A DNA stretch of 62,899 nt, the filler included, from Trichomonas gallinae (lineage: Eukaryota), in NCBI GenBank assembly GCA_008369845.1. It is 8 parts of 8 records of this genome, joined end to end, with 100 filler letters (N's around TTAATTAATTAA, not from the genome) between each part and the next. Parts side by side here need not be neighbours in the genome. Positions count along the whole stretch, not along the records: positions 1 to 11,943 come from MRSU01000868.1; 7 more parts are not named here. The stretch is one strand, 5' to 3'. Below the pieces are notes generated by a model. It did no database searches, was not told the DNA's origin, and saw only the letters and a program-made list of their open reading frames with translations. The translations under genes and the position numbers were made by a program. How positions within the stretch are numbered: the first letter of the stretch is position 1; every line of letters begins with the position of its first letter. This document shows positions 1 through 11,307 of this stretch, piece after piece.

Positions 1-341
1 GCATAAAAGAAGCGCATGTATTACGTCGAGACCAAATTTTTGGGTCCTAAAATAACGTATTTTCAGTTGAAGTACATTTTTTGAAAAACAAATTATTCAT
101 GTTTGACATTCGAAAGGACTCTACTAGGAAGATCAGGTGTCCACGCCTTTTTTCCTTAGCTTTTGAAATTTTCAAAACAACGTACTTAGCAATGCGTACG
201 CATCCTCCGTAAAGTGCTGTACCTATATATGGAGTTTTGATCAATTTGATGAAGTTTAAAATAGCAAATCAAAAAAAAAAAAAAAAAAAATTATAATAAC
301 AAAATCAAGTTTTTATCTAAATAATACAAAATATTCTATGT

Positions 342-3300
342 TTATAGCCACGGAGTGAATCTAATATCCTCGCAGACCGTGGCATCTGCGATAAGTTTGT
401 TAATCTTTTTCTGTGTTTCGTCCGTGTTATCGCTGCGTGTTGAGAAAAGTCTGGCTTCTGAAACAAATTTGTTGCTGAATTCACTTCCGTTTTCCATTGT
501 CGAATTCATGAGTACAGTAATATTGCTGGCATTCGAAACAATCGCGTCGGCTGTGGAAATGAATGCAGATCTGAATACACCCTTCACGAGTGCCTCATCA
601 AGCAATGTGGAGAACCTGCCGCGAAGTCTCAGTGATGCTGGAAGTTCAGTGTTTGGCTTCTCACTCCAGATATATGGGCTTTGTGTGTCAAAGAAAAGCG
701 AAAGAGGAGAAACATCTCCACCGAAGAAAATCTGTATGGCAGAGAATGCTGCATATCTTCCTGTAAGAGTAGAGAAATATTCACAGTATGAACGTTTCTT
801 AACATATTCATGCGGGCCTGGTTTGATCGTTTGCAATGCTTCAGGAACTTTCTTGTTTTTAGCGGCATCGTATAAAGATCTGATTGCAAACATTGGAACG
901 TAAAAGTCCGCGTTTGTCTTGGAAAGAACAAATCCTTCCGCAATGTCAACACTCAAAAGAGATGGAAGGGAAATGTTTCTCGAAAAAGATGCTGGGGATC
1001 TCATTAAAATAGTTGATAAGCAGGATATGAATGTGCTGAATCCTACATCAACGGAATTTGATGGATAAACGATGTAAGAAACTCTTGTTCCTGTTGTAGT
1101 CAAGACATCCAATGAAATCAAGCGACTCTCAGCGTTTTTAATGTAGCCAGCAAGTTGTGTTGCATTTCCTGTGACTTCATCAACGAAAGGAGCTTGAGTT
1201 GAATCCAAACAAAATTCTCCGAGACTCAATAATCCATCGAATCCTTTGATTTGTTTTTCCATGTCAGTTACTGTTTCATCAGCTTCATTAATTAAACTCT
1301 CAGTTATTGTGTCTGTGACAATTGCTTGATAGAGTTTGGCTTCTACACTATTGACTTTCTTGATGAGCTGAGCTATTGGTGTTTCAAGCATTGCTTTAAC
1401 TGGTGAAATGAATGAGACAAGTTTCTTCTTGATTTCGACAACCACTTCGCATCCTGATAAATGCGTGATTATTCCTGCAGACTTTGGAAGGAGCTTTGTC
1501 AATGAAGAGAGTTTGTTGTTGCTCGAAATTTTCTTCGCAAATAAAGAAGCCCATCTGACAGGAATCTGGATCGCTGAGTCGATAATCAGAGGAACATATG
1601 GTTCTAATTTGTCGATGATTGTTGCCAAGAATGCAAACAATATGTCGCTTGTTGGAATTGTTCGCAATGCGCCTTTAATGATTCCGGCAACGGCATCATT
1701 GACATCAATATCCTTAGAAACAGCCAATAACTGACACAAAAGCGCTTCGACATCATTTGGTCTGGCAGAAATGAGATCATCTGTTCTGTATGATGGAATT
1801 TCTGGTGAATTAAGTCTAAGTGCTTCATTTAATGTGACTTTGTGGATTTCTTCCGGATGAATATTGATTTCTGTCATTGATCCCAATGCATCTAGTGTCT
1901 GTTTTCTGATTTGTTCGTAAATTTTATGTAGTATTGGTGGATCATTCTGAGAGAGAACTAATGTGAAGAAGACAGTGTTAGATCTCTGGTTTTTATCTGT
2001 TAGTTTGAAGAAGTTCTGAATGTTGCATAATTCATTTGCTACTAAGAAATCTTTCAAGTTGTTTCTGCAAACTCTGTCGCAATTTGTCTGAGTGAAGAAC
2101 TGAATATCACGCTGGAAGTTTTGCACTGATCTGTGCTCGTTGATGAAGTCCAAAGCGCGCTCAGACAATAGATCAGGAGGCTGCAAAATCCTCTTGCACA
2201 TTTCGTAAGAGATTTCTGGTACATATCCTATCATCTCTTTCTCGTTGACTTCATATCCTTGGCGGAATCTGAGAAGTGGACGCTGAGCAACTTCTTCTTG
2301 CGCATATTCGAAATCACCGCCAATATATTTGACAGCTTCTTCCCATGTAGCCATGTTAATTGTCGACTGCATGTTTCCTGGGCCAACTTCGAACCTGATT
2401 TGAGGATTCTCTGTTTCCAGATCGAAATTGATGCCCTTGCACATCTGTCCTAGAGCTTCAGGATTGATATGCTGAGCAATTTTCAGCATGTCGCAGATTT
2501 TCATGTCCTTGAAGAAAGGAGAAACGATGTGCGAGAAAGGAATGTGCCATAACTCAGAGTTCACGCATCTCTCAATCAGCTCCTTCCTAGGAAGAGTGTT
2601 TATCAAATCCATGACTTTGGAGTCGAGCTTCGGGTAGATTCTGAACATGGAATAGAATTTGACGCCAAGAGGAAGAATTGGCAGAACTTTTTCTTTCAGT
2701 GAAGGTGGACACATTTGGAAGAAAGTTGCTGCAATCTTAGGAGCAGAAAGGAAGTTGATTAAAACGCTCTGCATTGTTGGCGTAAGTTTTTCCATGGAGA
2801 AGCTCTGAACGATAAATCTTCCGATGTAGAAACATGCTTCCTGCTGATTGAGTTTCGAAAGGTTTTCGATGGCAGCATTCAACATGTAGCTTGTTGAATT
2901 ATCGTATGGATGCTCTAGGACGTACAGCATGATTGAGTTCGACTGGAATGTGTAAACAGGGACGTCTGTGCTGAAATTGCGGCAGCTTTTTACAGCGAAA
3001 GGAAGCAAAAATGTTTGTCTATATGTTGGGTTTGGTGGATGCCTCCATAATATTGGGAATAATCTTGCAATGAGCTCGTCATTTTCAGCGCCTGCCAGTC
3101 TATCGAGAGCCTTTTGTCCATACATTGGACTTTCAATGATGTAATACAGTGAGTTAAGAGAATGAGACCACATGTATGTATCATTGAAAGTGATGTAAAT
3201 CAAGATATCCAATATTTTGTCTACGTGTGCAAAGAATGGGCCAGCAGCGATAATTTGAATTGCATCGGGAATCAGTTTGACAAGCTGAGACAAAATCTGC

Positions 3301-6300
3301 TCATATTGGCTTGGCTGCTGGTTAGATGATGCAGCGACTTTCGCGTGAGTTTCAACAATGAACATCATGATGTCATTGATGTAAGACTGAGAGACTGATT
3401 GGGAAACATACTTGACGAGCTTCATGACAGACGGGAAAATATTTGGACCAATTTTATGCAGAACTTGTGGCTGTTCCTTGTTGCTTGCTATCTGCTTGAT
3501 TGCGAATGATGCAAGGTGATTAGCAAGAGGCTGTTCTTCTTCAGGACATGACCCATCAATCAGGTTTGTAAGTTCAATGAAAATGTTGAATGCACTCGAA
3601 TTGTTTGCTTTCTTCTGGAAGAACTCGATCCATAACGTGTGCTCTTGAATCGAATAGTGGAATAATTGGAGTGGATGCCTCTTGAAATTCTTTCCGTTGT
3701 TAATAATGAGTTTGAAAGCTGGCAACAAAACGTGAGGATATCTGCTGTAATCTTTGATGATTTCTCCAAGTTTCATCAAGACATTCTTCATGTCTTCTTC
3801 CGGCAATTCAGGTGGGACTCTCATCAAAGAGCAGATCTGCTTGATTTCTATCGGCAAATAATTATGAATGTATCCTAAGAAGTTTTCAAACATCTTCACG
3901 AAGTTATCTGATTGCTTCGAATAAGCCCAAAGAAGCAAAACTTGCAAACGTGTTGCATCATCATCACATTCATTATACAAGTCAAGTGGCTTTAATTTCT
4001 CGTGGTCAAATGAAACGTTCTTCTCGAATAAAGTGTTGATGAAAGTTATATATACATACAAATTGAATTTTTCTCTAGCGAAATTCATTATAACTTCTAC
4101 TTGATCGTTGTGTGCCTGGACATATGGAATCAAGAATATGTTGAAGAAGAGTGAATTAAGTCGCATTTCTTTTGAGTATTCTATAGAATAGAACAACTCT
4201 GGAGACAAAGCTTCCGAGCTAAGAAGCTTGGAATAATATTGAGCGTATTGTGTGACTAAAAGTGGGTTTCTGATTTCTAAAACATGGAAAGCGAGTTGTA
4301 ATAAAACCTTTGGATGGTTGAGACCGAAGAATTCTAAGAGTTTCTGGTAAATAACTGTTGAGAAATTTTCGAAGTTTGTGTCGAAAGAATTCAGAACTTC
4401 ATGGAAGATTTGCTCCAAAAGTTCGATGAGTTCCGAATCATATTTGGCAGCATTAAGCGAGCAAACGACATATGATAATAAAGCTTGAAGATATGTCATA
4501 TTATCTTTGATTTTGAGTGTTTCTTTGATGATTGGAAGTAAAGGTTCTTCAACTGATTGGAAGAGCGGTTTAGATCTGTCGTTTTGTGAAACTACATCTA
4601 AGAATTGGAGAGCTTTAGCATCAGACATTGACTGCTTGAAGAATTCTGGGAATAATTGAGGAGCAAAAGAGAAGTAGTCAATCATTATATCAACGAAATC
4701 TTGTCTCGGCAACAAAGAAATGGAATTGAACATGTTGACGAATGTACGTGCCACTTCCAAAAATGAGTTGGCTTGAACTAAATGGTTGACAACACTGCCT
4801 GTCGCCATGAATGAACAGAGTGCTTTGAGACTAGATATCATGTCTCTTGAATTAAGACTTTGCGAGGCTGGATCTTGAATTGCAGATGGAATTAATTCTA
4901 ACTGCTTCATCATTGTCTGAATGAAAACATCAGGAACTATCAGATAATATGAGAACAATGCATCATTGAGATCTCTCCAGTTGATTGATGTGAGCTTGTT
5001 CTGGGATTTGTCCAAATTGTAGAATGATGTTAATTTGTTTTGAACGATTTCTTTGAACTTTTCGCGAATGTGTTCTGGTCCTTTCTTTGCGAAAATCTGT
5101 GCAGCGAGTTGTGCCTGGCACTTTAAGAATGTGTTTTGATGATCAAGGAATTTGAGGATAACATTGATTGCATCTTCAAATTGAGCACAATCGAATAATG
5201 CCGAATCAAGGATTGGAACAAGTAAAACTAAATATGTTCCTTGGACTTTCGCTGGCGCATTTGCTATCATTGGCAATCTTGATATCAATAGTTGCAATGT
5301 TTTCTGTTTGAAATCAGGTAAAGCTGATGGAAATGCTCTGAAGAGTGGTCCTAAGAATCTAAACAATCCATAGTCGTGTTCCATCATTTCATCTTCGAAG
5401 CATTCAGCAATGAAATCATGGACTTCAGATGTATATGGACACAAAGAAATAAGCTCGCTTTGAACTAAAATGGAGAAGAAAGCTGATGATATTCTCATGG
5501 ACTGTAAAATAGGCATGATTGATCCTGAATGTTCTCCCAAAAGATTTCTTGCGAAAACAATAATTTTCTGCAAACTTCTCGGCACGAAATCGAGCTCAAT
5601 GAATTTAGTGTATGAGTCGCACTTTTGCTGATCTTTCCAATCACTTCCGTTTAATTCGTTGATTGTCCTGTGAACGAACATTGCGAAAATTATTGGATCG
5701 ATGAGATCTGGCTGAACTTCTTCCATTATTATTGTGCAGATTGTCTCTGAGACACCTTTTGTCGGGAAGATTTGAAGAGAAGATATGTAGGCGATTTCGT
5801 TTATAAAGACAGACATTTTCTCCTTAGTCGAAACCGACTGGAAAATCTGAGATAAAATGTGAGAAGGTGGATGAGAAAAATAAGAACATAATCCGCAGAA
5901 AATATGAGCAATTGCGGCAGTGTTTTCTGAAAACTGAGTGATTAATGACTTGAAAACTGAATCACATGCCGCGGTATTCTTCTGTCTTAATGGGAGCATG
6001 AACATCAAAATAGACTGGAAGTACTTTCTTATGTCTGAAGTCCAGTTGTCTGACGAGAAAACAGTAATAATCAAATTCTTTGAAACTTCCCATAGTGAAT
6101 CAATTTGCGGATGATCTGACATAGCACAATTGACTCCGTGGAGAAAAGAGTCGAAATCCGCTCTGATGATTTTCGATTTTGTCTCTAATACAAGAGTTTT
6201 TGCTGTTGGATAATTAGATGGCGGGAAGATTATTTCTTCTATGATATTCTTAGGAATGTTTCTCAAAAAGTTTACAATGATAGGACGCAATTCATCTGTC

Positions 6301-8708
6301 GTTGTGTCTAAATATGCTAAAAGAGTTGAATAAAACTGAGGCATTAAAGGATGTGTGAGAAATTGACTTTCGAATCTATCATAGCAGCTCTTGAGAAGTG
6401 CCAAAGGTGATCTGAGCTCGATCTTCAAAGCATTTATGAGAGCACCAATAACACATCTACCCTTCAAGAACTCTTTTTGAATGTTTGCGATGAAACTGAT
6501 GAAATGGCAGAGTGCTTTAGGAGTTGCACCATATGTATCTGCAGATGAGCAAATATCGTTAACAAGAGCTTCGTTGAACTTGAGAGGATTCGATGCGCTG
6601 CCCATTATAAATTCCATAAATTGATGATAATTGCAAATCAGCGACAAAATATCAGAACAGAATACATATGACTTGGCATAATCTTTGCAGACTTCAAGAA
6701 GTCTGTTTGATGGAATTGAAATTGCATTCTTGAATTCTTGAGATGTATTTGGCTGATATTGTGGATCTTGAGGCCTGTGAACATTCTGAAGCTGTGGATT
6801 TGGCTTTTGTGTAGCTTTTTCGAATAAATGTGTTAATGATCTGATTAAGTGTTTAACATTGTAGCCTTTTCTTAATTCTCTCAAAGAATATTTGATAAGA
6901 GAGTTAACGAATGACTCTAATAATGTGTTCTCACGGATTATATCTTTGAACAAAAAGTTATCGAAATAAATTTCTTCATCTAGAGCGAAAAAGTCGTGGA
7001 AGAAGAAGTCCCAGACATTATCCATCATCATTGGCGTTGTCATTGTAAGGCATTTAACGAGTTCTTTAACAGAATTAATATGATAAACTCTGATTCTGCC
7101 GAATTTTCTTGCACTTTCGAGTATGGCTGTGCACTGTTTCAATCCACTCTCTGTGTCACCAACTGGCATCGGAATATAAATCAATTCACTGCCATGATGC
7201 AAAATTGATCTAAATTTCATCGTAAAGATCAATGCATGTCTGAAGCAAGAGTATAAGATTTCGATTTCTATCAATGAAACAACGACATATAGTTGTTTGT
7301 AAAGCTGCCGTTTTTCATTTTCATCTTGAGGAAACAGTTTTGATAGGAATGTTTGGAAATATTTAAGCAGTCTGTAATAGCAGTCAGCGAAGTTGTGTAA
7401 TTGCATCAAAATTTGCGATAAAACTTTCGGATTTGAAACAACTGGTTTTATATTCGCGAGATTTGCGGCCATTTCAACGAAACCTGTATCAATTGAATTG
7501 AAAAATAGCGTGAAAATACCTGCAGTTGTCTTAGGATCATCTTGTGGAAATCGAATAAATTGCATATTTTCACCAAACCTGAAATTACTCGCAGAATATT
7601 GTAGCATCGAAAAGTGAAGGATACCAGCATCGAATTTGCAGAAATTGATTGAAAACATTTCACGAGGAACTTTTATTTCGAATCGAGGATCGCGTTTGAA
7701 GACAATTTCGAGAATGTTGCGTATCAAGTTGTGGTAAGTAATAAAATTTTCGGAGTTGTAGTATTTATATTGTAAAAGAGTCGGAAAGCATTTTGCTGCA
7801 ATATCAATTCTTTTAGCATTGTCTTGTTTTAAGAAATAGCTGAAAGAATTCAATGTTTCATCAACGAGAGTAGATGCAACACCAGATGTTTGGGTTAAAA
7901 TGTCCATATAAGTTTTAACAATTAAATTTGTGATCGCTGGATTATTTGTAGAATTAAGCGACGTATTACCCATAAGTATACCGCATTTAACTTTCAATAA
8001 TTGTATAGTTGCTCGCTTCGTATAAGGAACATCGTCGGGAATTTGATAATTTAAGATTTTCTCGAATTTTCCTTGAAGTCTTATGAAGATTGTTTTCATC
8101 AATTCGACTGACTTAACACATGTGAGGAGAATCGTGATGGTTGTAATCAATGGAAAGTATTCGTGAGGTTCAAGAGATTCGAATCTAGCGAGAAAACTAT
8201 CGATTCTGTGGCTAATTGCGAGGAAAATAATTTCAGATGCAAGTTTGGAATTCTTTTCAAAGTCTTTTTCGTGATTTTCGAAAGAATTGCGAATAATTTT
8301 CAAATAATAACACAAATGCTTAAGATTGCACTCTTTTACTTGTGTAGCTATGAGATTAATGTGGTCCATACTCGTGAAATCGTTAAATTTATAGTTTAAA
8401 AACGTTAAGAGAGATAAAAGATTTGATATGTATTTGATGTTTTCTTGCAATTTTGTTTCGTCCGTGTGTACATTTTGTACGTAACTGCTAAGAGATGTCA
8501 TTAGCTGAGTGTAAGGCTTCTTACAATATTGCTCGAACTCATTTGGCGGTAATCTAAAGTAAAAATCGCGAATAGCCCTGAAATGGTTAGGATCGAAGGG
8601 TCCACCCGAGGTGATTTGCTTAATCATACCATTCAGCACGTCATCCTTGGTCGGCTTCATGTTTGAGCGAACAGGGATGTACGGCGGGTTTTTAGACTGA
8701 TCCACCAT
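342..8708 (-). CDS. TRRAP: TRRAP/Tra1-like PIKK pseudokinase (~2790 aa)
   Basis: Very long helical ORF. The C-terminus follows the PIKK layout (RSPASFSRNISLP, SLRLRGRF for PFRLT, INKLIADAT, FATC ending FTPWL) but lacks the DRHxxN and DFG motifs. ATG 8708 chosen because it lies just downstream of an Inr-like TCACTT; ATG 8747 is an alternative. Confidence 0.72.
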   Translation of the reverse strand: MVDQSKNPPYIPVRSNMKPTKDDVLNGMIKQITSGGPFDPNHFRAIRDFYFRLPPNEFEQYCKKPYTQLMTSLSSYVQNVHTDETKLQENIKYISNLLSLLTFLNYKFNDFTSMDHINLIATQVKECNLKHLCYYLKIIRNSFENHEKDFEKNSKLASEIIFLAISHRIDSFLARFESLEPHEYFPLITTITILLTCVKSVELMKTIFIRLQGKFEKILNYQIPDDVPYTKRATIQLLKVKCGILMGNTSLNSTNNPAITNLIVKTYMDILTQTSGVASTLVDETLNSFSYFLKQDNAKRIDIAAKCFPTLLQYKYYNSENFITYHNLIRNILEIVFKRDPRFEIKVPREMFSINFCKFDAGILHFSMLQYSASNFRFGENMQFIRFPQDDPKTTAGIFTLFFNSIDTGFVEMAANLANIKPVVSNPKVLSQILMQLHNFADCYYRLLKYFQTFLSKLFPQDENEKRQLYKQLYVVVSLIEIEILYSCFRHALIFTMKFRSILHHGSELIYIPMPVGDTESGLKQCTAILESARKFGRIRVYHINSVKELVKCLTMTTPMMMDNVWDFFFHDFFALDEEIYFDNFLFKDIIRENTLLESFVNSLIKYSLRELRKGYNVKHLIRSLTHLFEKATQKPNPQLQNVHRPQDPQYQPNTSQEFKNAISIPSNRLLEVCKDYAKSYVFCSDILSLICNYHQFMEFIMGSASNPLKFNEALVNDICSSADTYGATPKALCHFISFIANIQKEFLKGRCVIGALINALKIELRSPLALLKSCYDRFESQFLTHPLMPQFYSTLLAYLDTTTDELRPIIVNFLRNIPKNIIEEIIFPPSNYPTAKTLVLETKSKIIRADFDSFLHGVNCAMSDHPQIDSLWEVSKNLIITVFSSDNWTSDIRKYFQSILMFMLPLRQKNTAACDSVFKSLITQFSENTAAIAHIFCGLCSYFSHPPSHILSQIFQSVSTKEKMSVFINEIAYISSLQIFPTKGVSETICTIIMEEVQPDLIDPIIFAMFVHRTINELNGSDWKDQQKCDSYTKFIELDFVPRSLQKIIVFARNLLGEHSGSIMPILQSMRISSAFFSILVQSELISLCPYTSEVHDFIAECFEDEMMEHDYGLFRFLGPLFRAFPSALPDFKQKTLQLLISRLPMIANAPAKVQGTYLVLLVPILDSALFDCAQFEDAINVILKFLDHQNTFLKCQAQLAAQIFAKKGPEHIREKFKEIVQNKLTSFYNLDKSQNKLTSINWRDLNDALFSYYLIVPDVFIQTMMKQLELIPSAIQDPASQSLNSRDMISSLKALCSFMATGSVVNHLVQANSFLEVARTFVNMFNSISLLPRQDFVDIMIDYFSFAPQLFPEFFKQSMSDAKALQFLDVVSQNDRSKPLFQSVEEPLLPIIKETLKIKDNMTYLQALLSYVVCSLNAAKYDSELIELLEQIFHEVLNSFDTNFENFSTVIYQKLLEFFGLNHPKVLLQLAFHVLEIRNPLLVTQYAQYYSKLLSSEALSPELFYSIEYSKEMRLNSLFFNIFLIPYVQAHNDQVEVIMNFAREKFNLYVYITFINTLFEKNVSFDHEKLKPLDLYNECDDDATRLQVLLLWAYSKQSDNFVKMFENFLGYIHNYLPIEIKQICSLMRVPPELPEEDMKNVLMKLGEIIKDYSRYPHVLLPAFKLIINNGKNFKRHPLQLFHYSIQEHTLWIEFFQKKANNSSAFNIFIELTNLIDGSCPEEEQPLANHLASFAIKQIASNKEQPQVLHKIGPNIFPSVMKLVKYVSQSVSQSYINDIMMFIVETHAKVAASSNQQPSQYEQILSQLVKLIPDAIQIIAAGPFFAHVDKILDILIYITFNDTYMWSHSLNSLYYIIESPMYGQKALDRLAGAENDELIARLFPILWRHPPNPTYRQTFLLPFAVKSCRNFSTDVPVYTFQSNSIMLYVLEHPYDNSTSYMLNAAIENLSKLNQQEACFYIGRFIVQSFSMEKLTPTMQSVLINFLSAPKIAATFFQMCPPSLKEKVLPILPLGVKFYSMFRIYPKLDSKVMDLINTLPRKELIERCVNSELWHIPFSHIVSPFFKDMKICDMLKIAQHINPEALGQMCKGINFDLETENPQIRFEVGPGNMQSTINMATWEEAVKYIGGDFEYAQEEVAQRPLLRFRQGYEVNEKEMIGYVPEISYEMCKRILQPPDLLSERALDFINEHRSVQNFQRDIQFFTQTNCDRVCRNNLKDFLVANELCNIQNFFKLTDKNQRSNTVFFTLVLSQNDPPILHKIYEQIRKQTLDALGSMTEINIHPEEIHKVTLNEALRLNSPEIPSYRTDDLISARPNDVEALLCQLLAVSKDIDVNDAVAGIIKGALRTIPTSDILFAFLATIIDKLEPYVPLIIDSAIQIPVRWASLFAKKISSNNKLSSLTKLLPKSAGIITHLSGCEVVVEIKKKLVSFISPVKAMLETPIAQLIKKVNSVEAKLYQAIVTDTITESLINEADETVTDMEKQIKGFDGLLSLGEFCLDSTQAPFVDEVTGNATQLAGYIKNAESRLISLDVLTTTGTRVSYIVYPSNSVDVGFSTFISCLSTILMRSPASFSRNISLPSLLSVDIAEGFVLSKTNADFYVPMFAIRSLYDAAKNKKVPEALQTIKPGPHEYVKKRSYCEYFSTLTGRYAAFSAIQIFFGGDVSPLSLFFDTQSPYIWSEKPNTELPASLRLRGRFSTLLDEALVKGVFRSAFISTADAIVSNASNITVLMNSTMENGSEFSNKFVSEARLFSTRSDNTDETQKKINKLIADATVCEDIRFTPWL

Positions 8709-8762
8709 TAAAGCCAGAAAAAGTGACGGGAGATTGAGAAAACACATTATTGAAAAGTGACA

Positions 8763-8774
8763 TTTGACATGTAA
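8763..8774. promoter_or_regulatory. TTTGACATGTAA upstream motif
   Basis: Exact 12-mer ~55 bp upstream of the TRRAP-like start; it recurs upstream of other genes. AAAGTGAC copies at 8720 and 8754. Confidence 0.55.
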
Positions 8775-9189
8775 TTTATTTCTTGACAGTTTTCTTAGAA
8801 ATATGTCAGGTTCTCAAAATCGAATTAGTCCATTTTACTTCATTACCAACATTTTTACATTCTAAATATCATTATTTCATCAAAATTAGATCAGCTGAGA
8901 AAGATTTTGAAAAAATTCTCGATAAAATAACCTTATTTTTGTAAATCATTCGAATATATATTCGCAATTATAATGCATATTATGGCGAACTTTAAATTAA
9001 GGTCAAATAGTTTCAGTTGATATTAATCGTTCAATCTTTCAATATTGAATTATCATTCAATTATATAAATTTGATCAAATTCTTCAGAAAATCGAAAATT
9101 GTTAAAACTTGGATGACTATTAACAAATTTATATCATACTTCATTATTTGATTTGAATAGCTATAAAATCATAAATTTCATATCCTAAC

Positions 9190-9612
9190 TACCATTTTCA
9201 CTAAGACTTTATTAACGAAAAGCATCGTGATTAGCTCCACGATAAGATATGATGATGAAAATTGAATTGTTACAGTTTATAATAACCTAGATTGGGATTA
9301 TCTCTGATCAGATCATTTCCATTCCCGAGAATTTATTATCATATTCATCGATCGAACAAATTAATTTAGAAAATGATTTTTAAAAATTTTATTTAAATAA
9401 AAGATGGCGCATTTGAATGCTGTTATAACCTAAAATTAGTTATTTAAACAAATTAGATTGAATAGGAGCTGCAGCATTTAAAAACACAGACCTTTCAGGA
9501 GAAATTGACATTCCATACCTTGATGAGCTTTATCCAGAGGCGTTCTCATATGGAAATTTTATGCATAAATTAAGAAATTCACATTTTACAAGGAAAATAG
9601 ACCCTTATGCAT
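9190..9612 (+). pseudogene. degenerate BspA-like LRR gene fragment
   Basis: Broken frames encode LRR-like pieces (IISIPENLLSYSSIEQINL, IGAAAFKNTDLSGEIDIPYLDELYPEAFSY) interrupted by stops and frameshifts. Confidence 0.55.
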
Positions 9613-9834
9613 TTAATTTTTTGGGTTGCAACTAGGTGACAATTTTAGCAATTTCTCTTTCCATATGCATATGCGTTCTATGTGCATATAGGATTTCATA
9701 TGCATACAAATTTCTATATGAAATACAAATTCAATATTTATCAAATTTCTATAGAATGTTTTACATTGAATTTTATAACATAAGTATACTTGCAATCATT
9801 TCATATCACTAATTTAAATAATAAAGGACAACTC

Positions 9835-11073
9835 TTATAAAAATATGAATACATAAATGTATGCTTTTAATGAAGTAAAATATGGATTGAGATAATCTGT
9901 CACACAGTGGCAATTTTTAGGGTATGGAGTTGGAACTGGATTTCGACGAGGAATGCAATCCGTATAATTATTTGTCACACTCTGTCCAAAAAGTGAATCA
10001 TATTGGAAGGATGGTTTGACAAATACGTTTTCAATGATATTACTATTATTAGCAATAGAAAATGTATTCATTCCACAATAATAAATATTATTAATAATTG
10101 AATTAACTAATATATTCGTATCTATGTAGGAAAGCTCGCTAGTTATATACATATTTTCAATAAAACTGCTTTTGAAAACTGTTCCTTCGAGCTTGACCAG
10201 TGTGTCAGGCAAAATTAGCGTTTTTAACTTCTCGTTGCCGGATAACGAAAATGCTGGTAGACTCTTAAAAATGCAAGACGATAAATCCAAATACTCAAGG
10301 TTTGGACAATTTCTAATAGCTGAGTTTTCAATAGAAGTTATAGGTAAATCAATTTTTAACTTAGGCAAATTATAGCCCGAAAATCCGCCAATTCCGGAGA
10401 TTTTCGTAACTGTGTGCTCAATAGTTTGTGTGCAATTAGGAGGGTAAGCAATCAATGTAGTAAATTCTTTATCATAAACAACTCCTCCATATACAATAAA
10501 ATTAGGATTTTCACTTTCATAAAATGCTAATTGGTGTAAACCACCAATTGAACCAATTCCATATGAATTCAAATTTTTTGGAAACTTAAATTTTTTAAGA
10601 TTTGTTCCCCATAAAGATAATCTAGGCAAAATTGTAAATGTATCAGGGAAGATGATTTCTTCTATTTTGCTTGTTTGGAAAACATATAATCCGGAAAATG
10701 TTTTTAATTTAGTTTGAGATAAATTTGCAAATATAAGATAGCTTTGTTCGAATGCATTTTCTTTAATTTCAGTTAATTGTGTCGGAAAAATTAATTCTGT
10801 AAATTTAGTATATGCAAAAGCTTTGGCTCCAATCGATGTAATCGTATCAGGGATAGTAATTGCGGTAAAATAACAACTTCTGAATGCATAATCTGAGATT
10901 ATAGTAACTGGCTTAGAATTATAGGTTGAATCAATCGCGATCGATCCTGAAAAGCTGGAATCATTTATTGCTAAATTACTCCCGTCACCAATTTTGACAT
11001 AATTGCCGGATTCAATATATTTGATAGTGTAAATTTGTTGTAATGAGATTGATCTATTGTCGCATTGAAAAAA
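9835..11073 (-). CDS. BspA-like (TpLRR) surface protein, no in-frame ATG at 5' end (possible pseudogene)
   Basis: The frame stays open 148 codons upstream of the track's TTG start (FFQCDNRSISL...PVTIISDYAFRSCYFTAITIPDTITSIGAKAF). Typical BspA repeats and a hydrophobic C-terminus. Confidence 0.75.
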   Translation of the reverse strand, partial: FFQCDNRSISLQQIYTIKYIESGNYVKIGDGSNLAINDSSFSGSIAIDSTYNSKPVTIISDYAFRSCYFTAITIPDTITSIGAKAFAYTKFTELIFPTQLTEIKENAFEQSYLIFANLSQTKLKTFSGLYVFQTSKIEEIIFPDTFTILPRLSLWGTNLKKFKFPKNLNSYGIGSIGGLHQLAFYESENPNFIVYGGVVYDKEFTTLIAYPPNCTQTIEHTVTKISGIGGFSGYNLPKLKIDLPITSIENSAIRNCPNLEYLDLSSCIFKSLPAFSLSGNEKLKTLILPDTLVKLEGTVFKSSFIENMYITSELSYIDTNILVNSIINNIYYCGMNTFSIANNSNIIENVFVKPSFQYDSLFGQSVTNNYTDCIPRRNPVPTPYPKNCHCVTDYLNPYFTSLKAYIYVFIFL

Positions 11074-11307
11074 TTAAAAGTGACGAATCAAGATTGAATT
11101 CTCCTTCAATTGACCAACCACATTTTTGCTTATATTGTGTATTATAAATCATTGAAGTTTTAAAATTAAAGTGTAAACCTTTCTGGGGAATTTTAATCAT
11201 AATAATTATAACCTTTCCTTTATTCCTCGGTCTTATTAATTTCCATGAAAATTTTGGATATTGATTCAATAAATTAAATGCATCTTAAAACCATTTTTTC
11301 ATATATA

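Noticed and set aside
1..250. Short palindromes (TTTTGAAATTTTCAAAA, ATGCGTACGCAT) and a 65-aa ORF
   Set aside because: No second copy and no recognisable RNA or protein; cannot support a call.
355..8399. Short antisense and alternate-frame ORFs within the TRRAP-like gene (likewise in TOR, USP, AND-1 and MCM2)
   Set aside because: Shadow ORFs of long coding sequences with no recognisable motifs.
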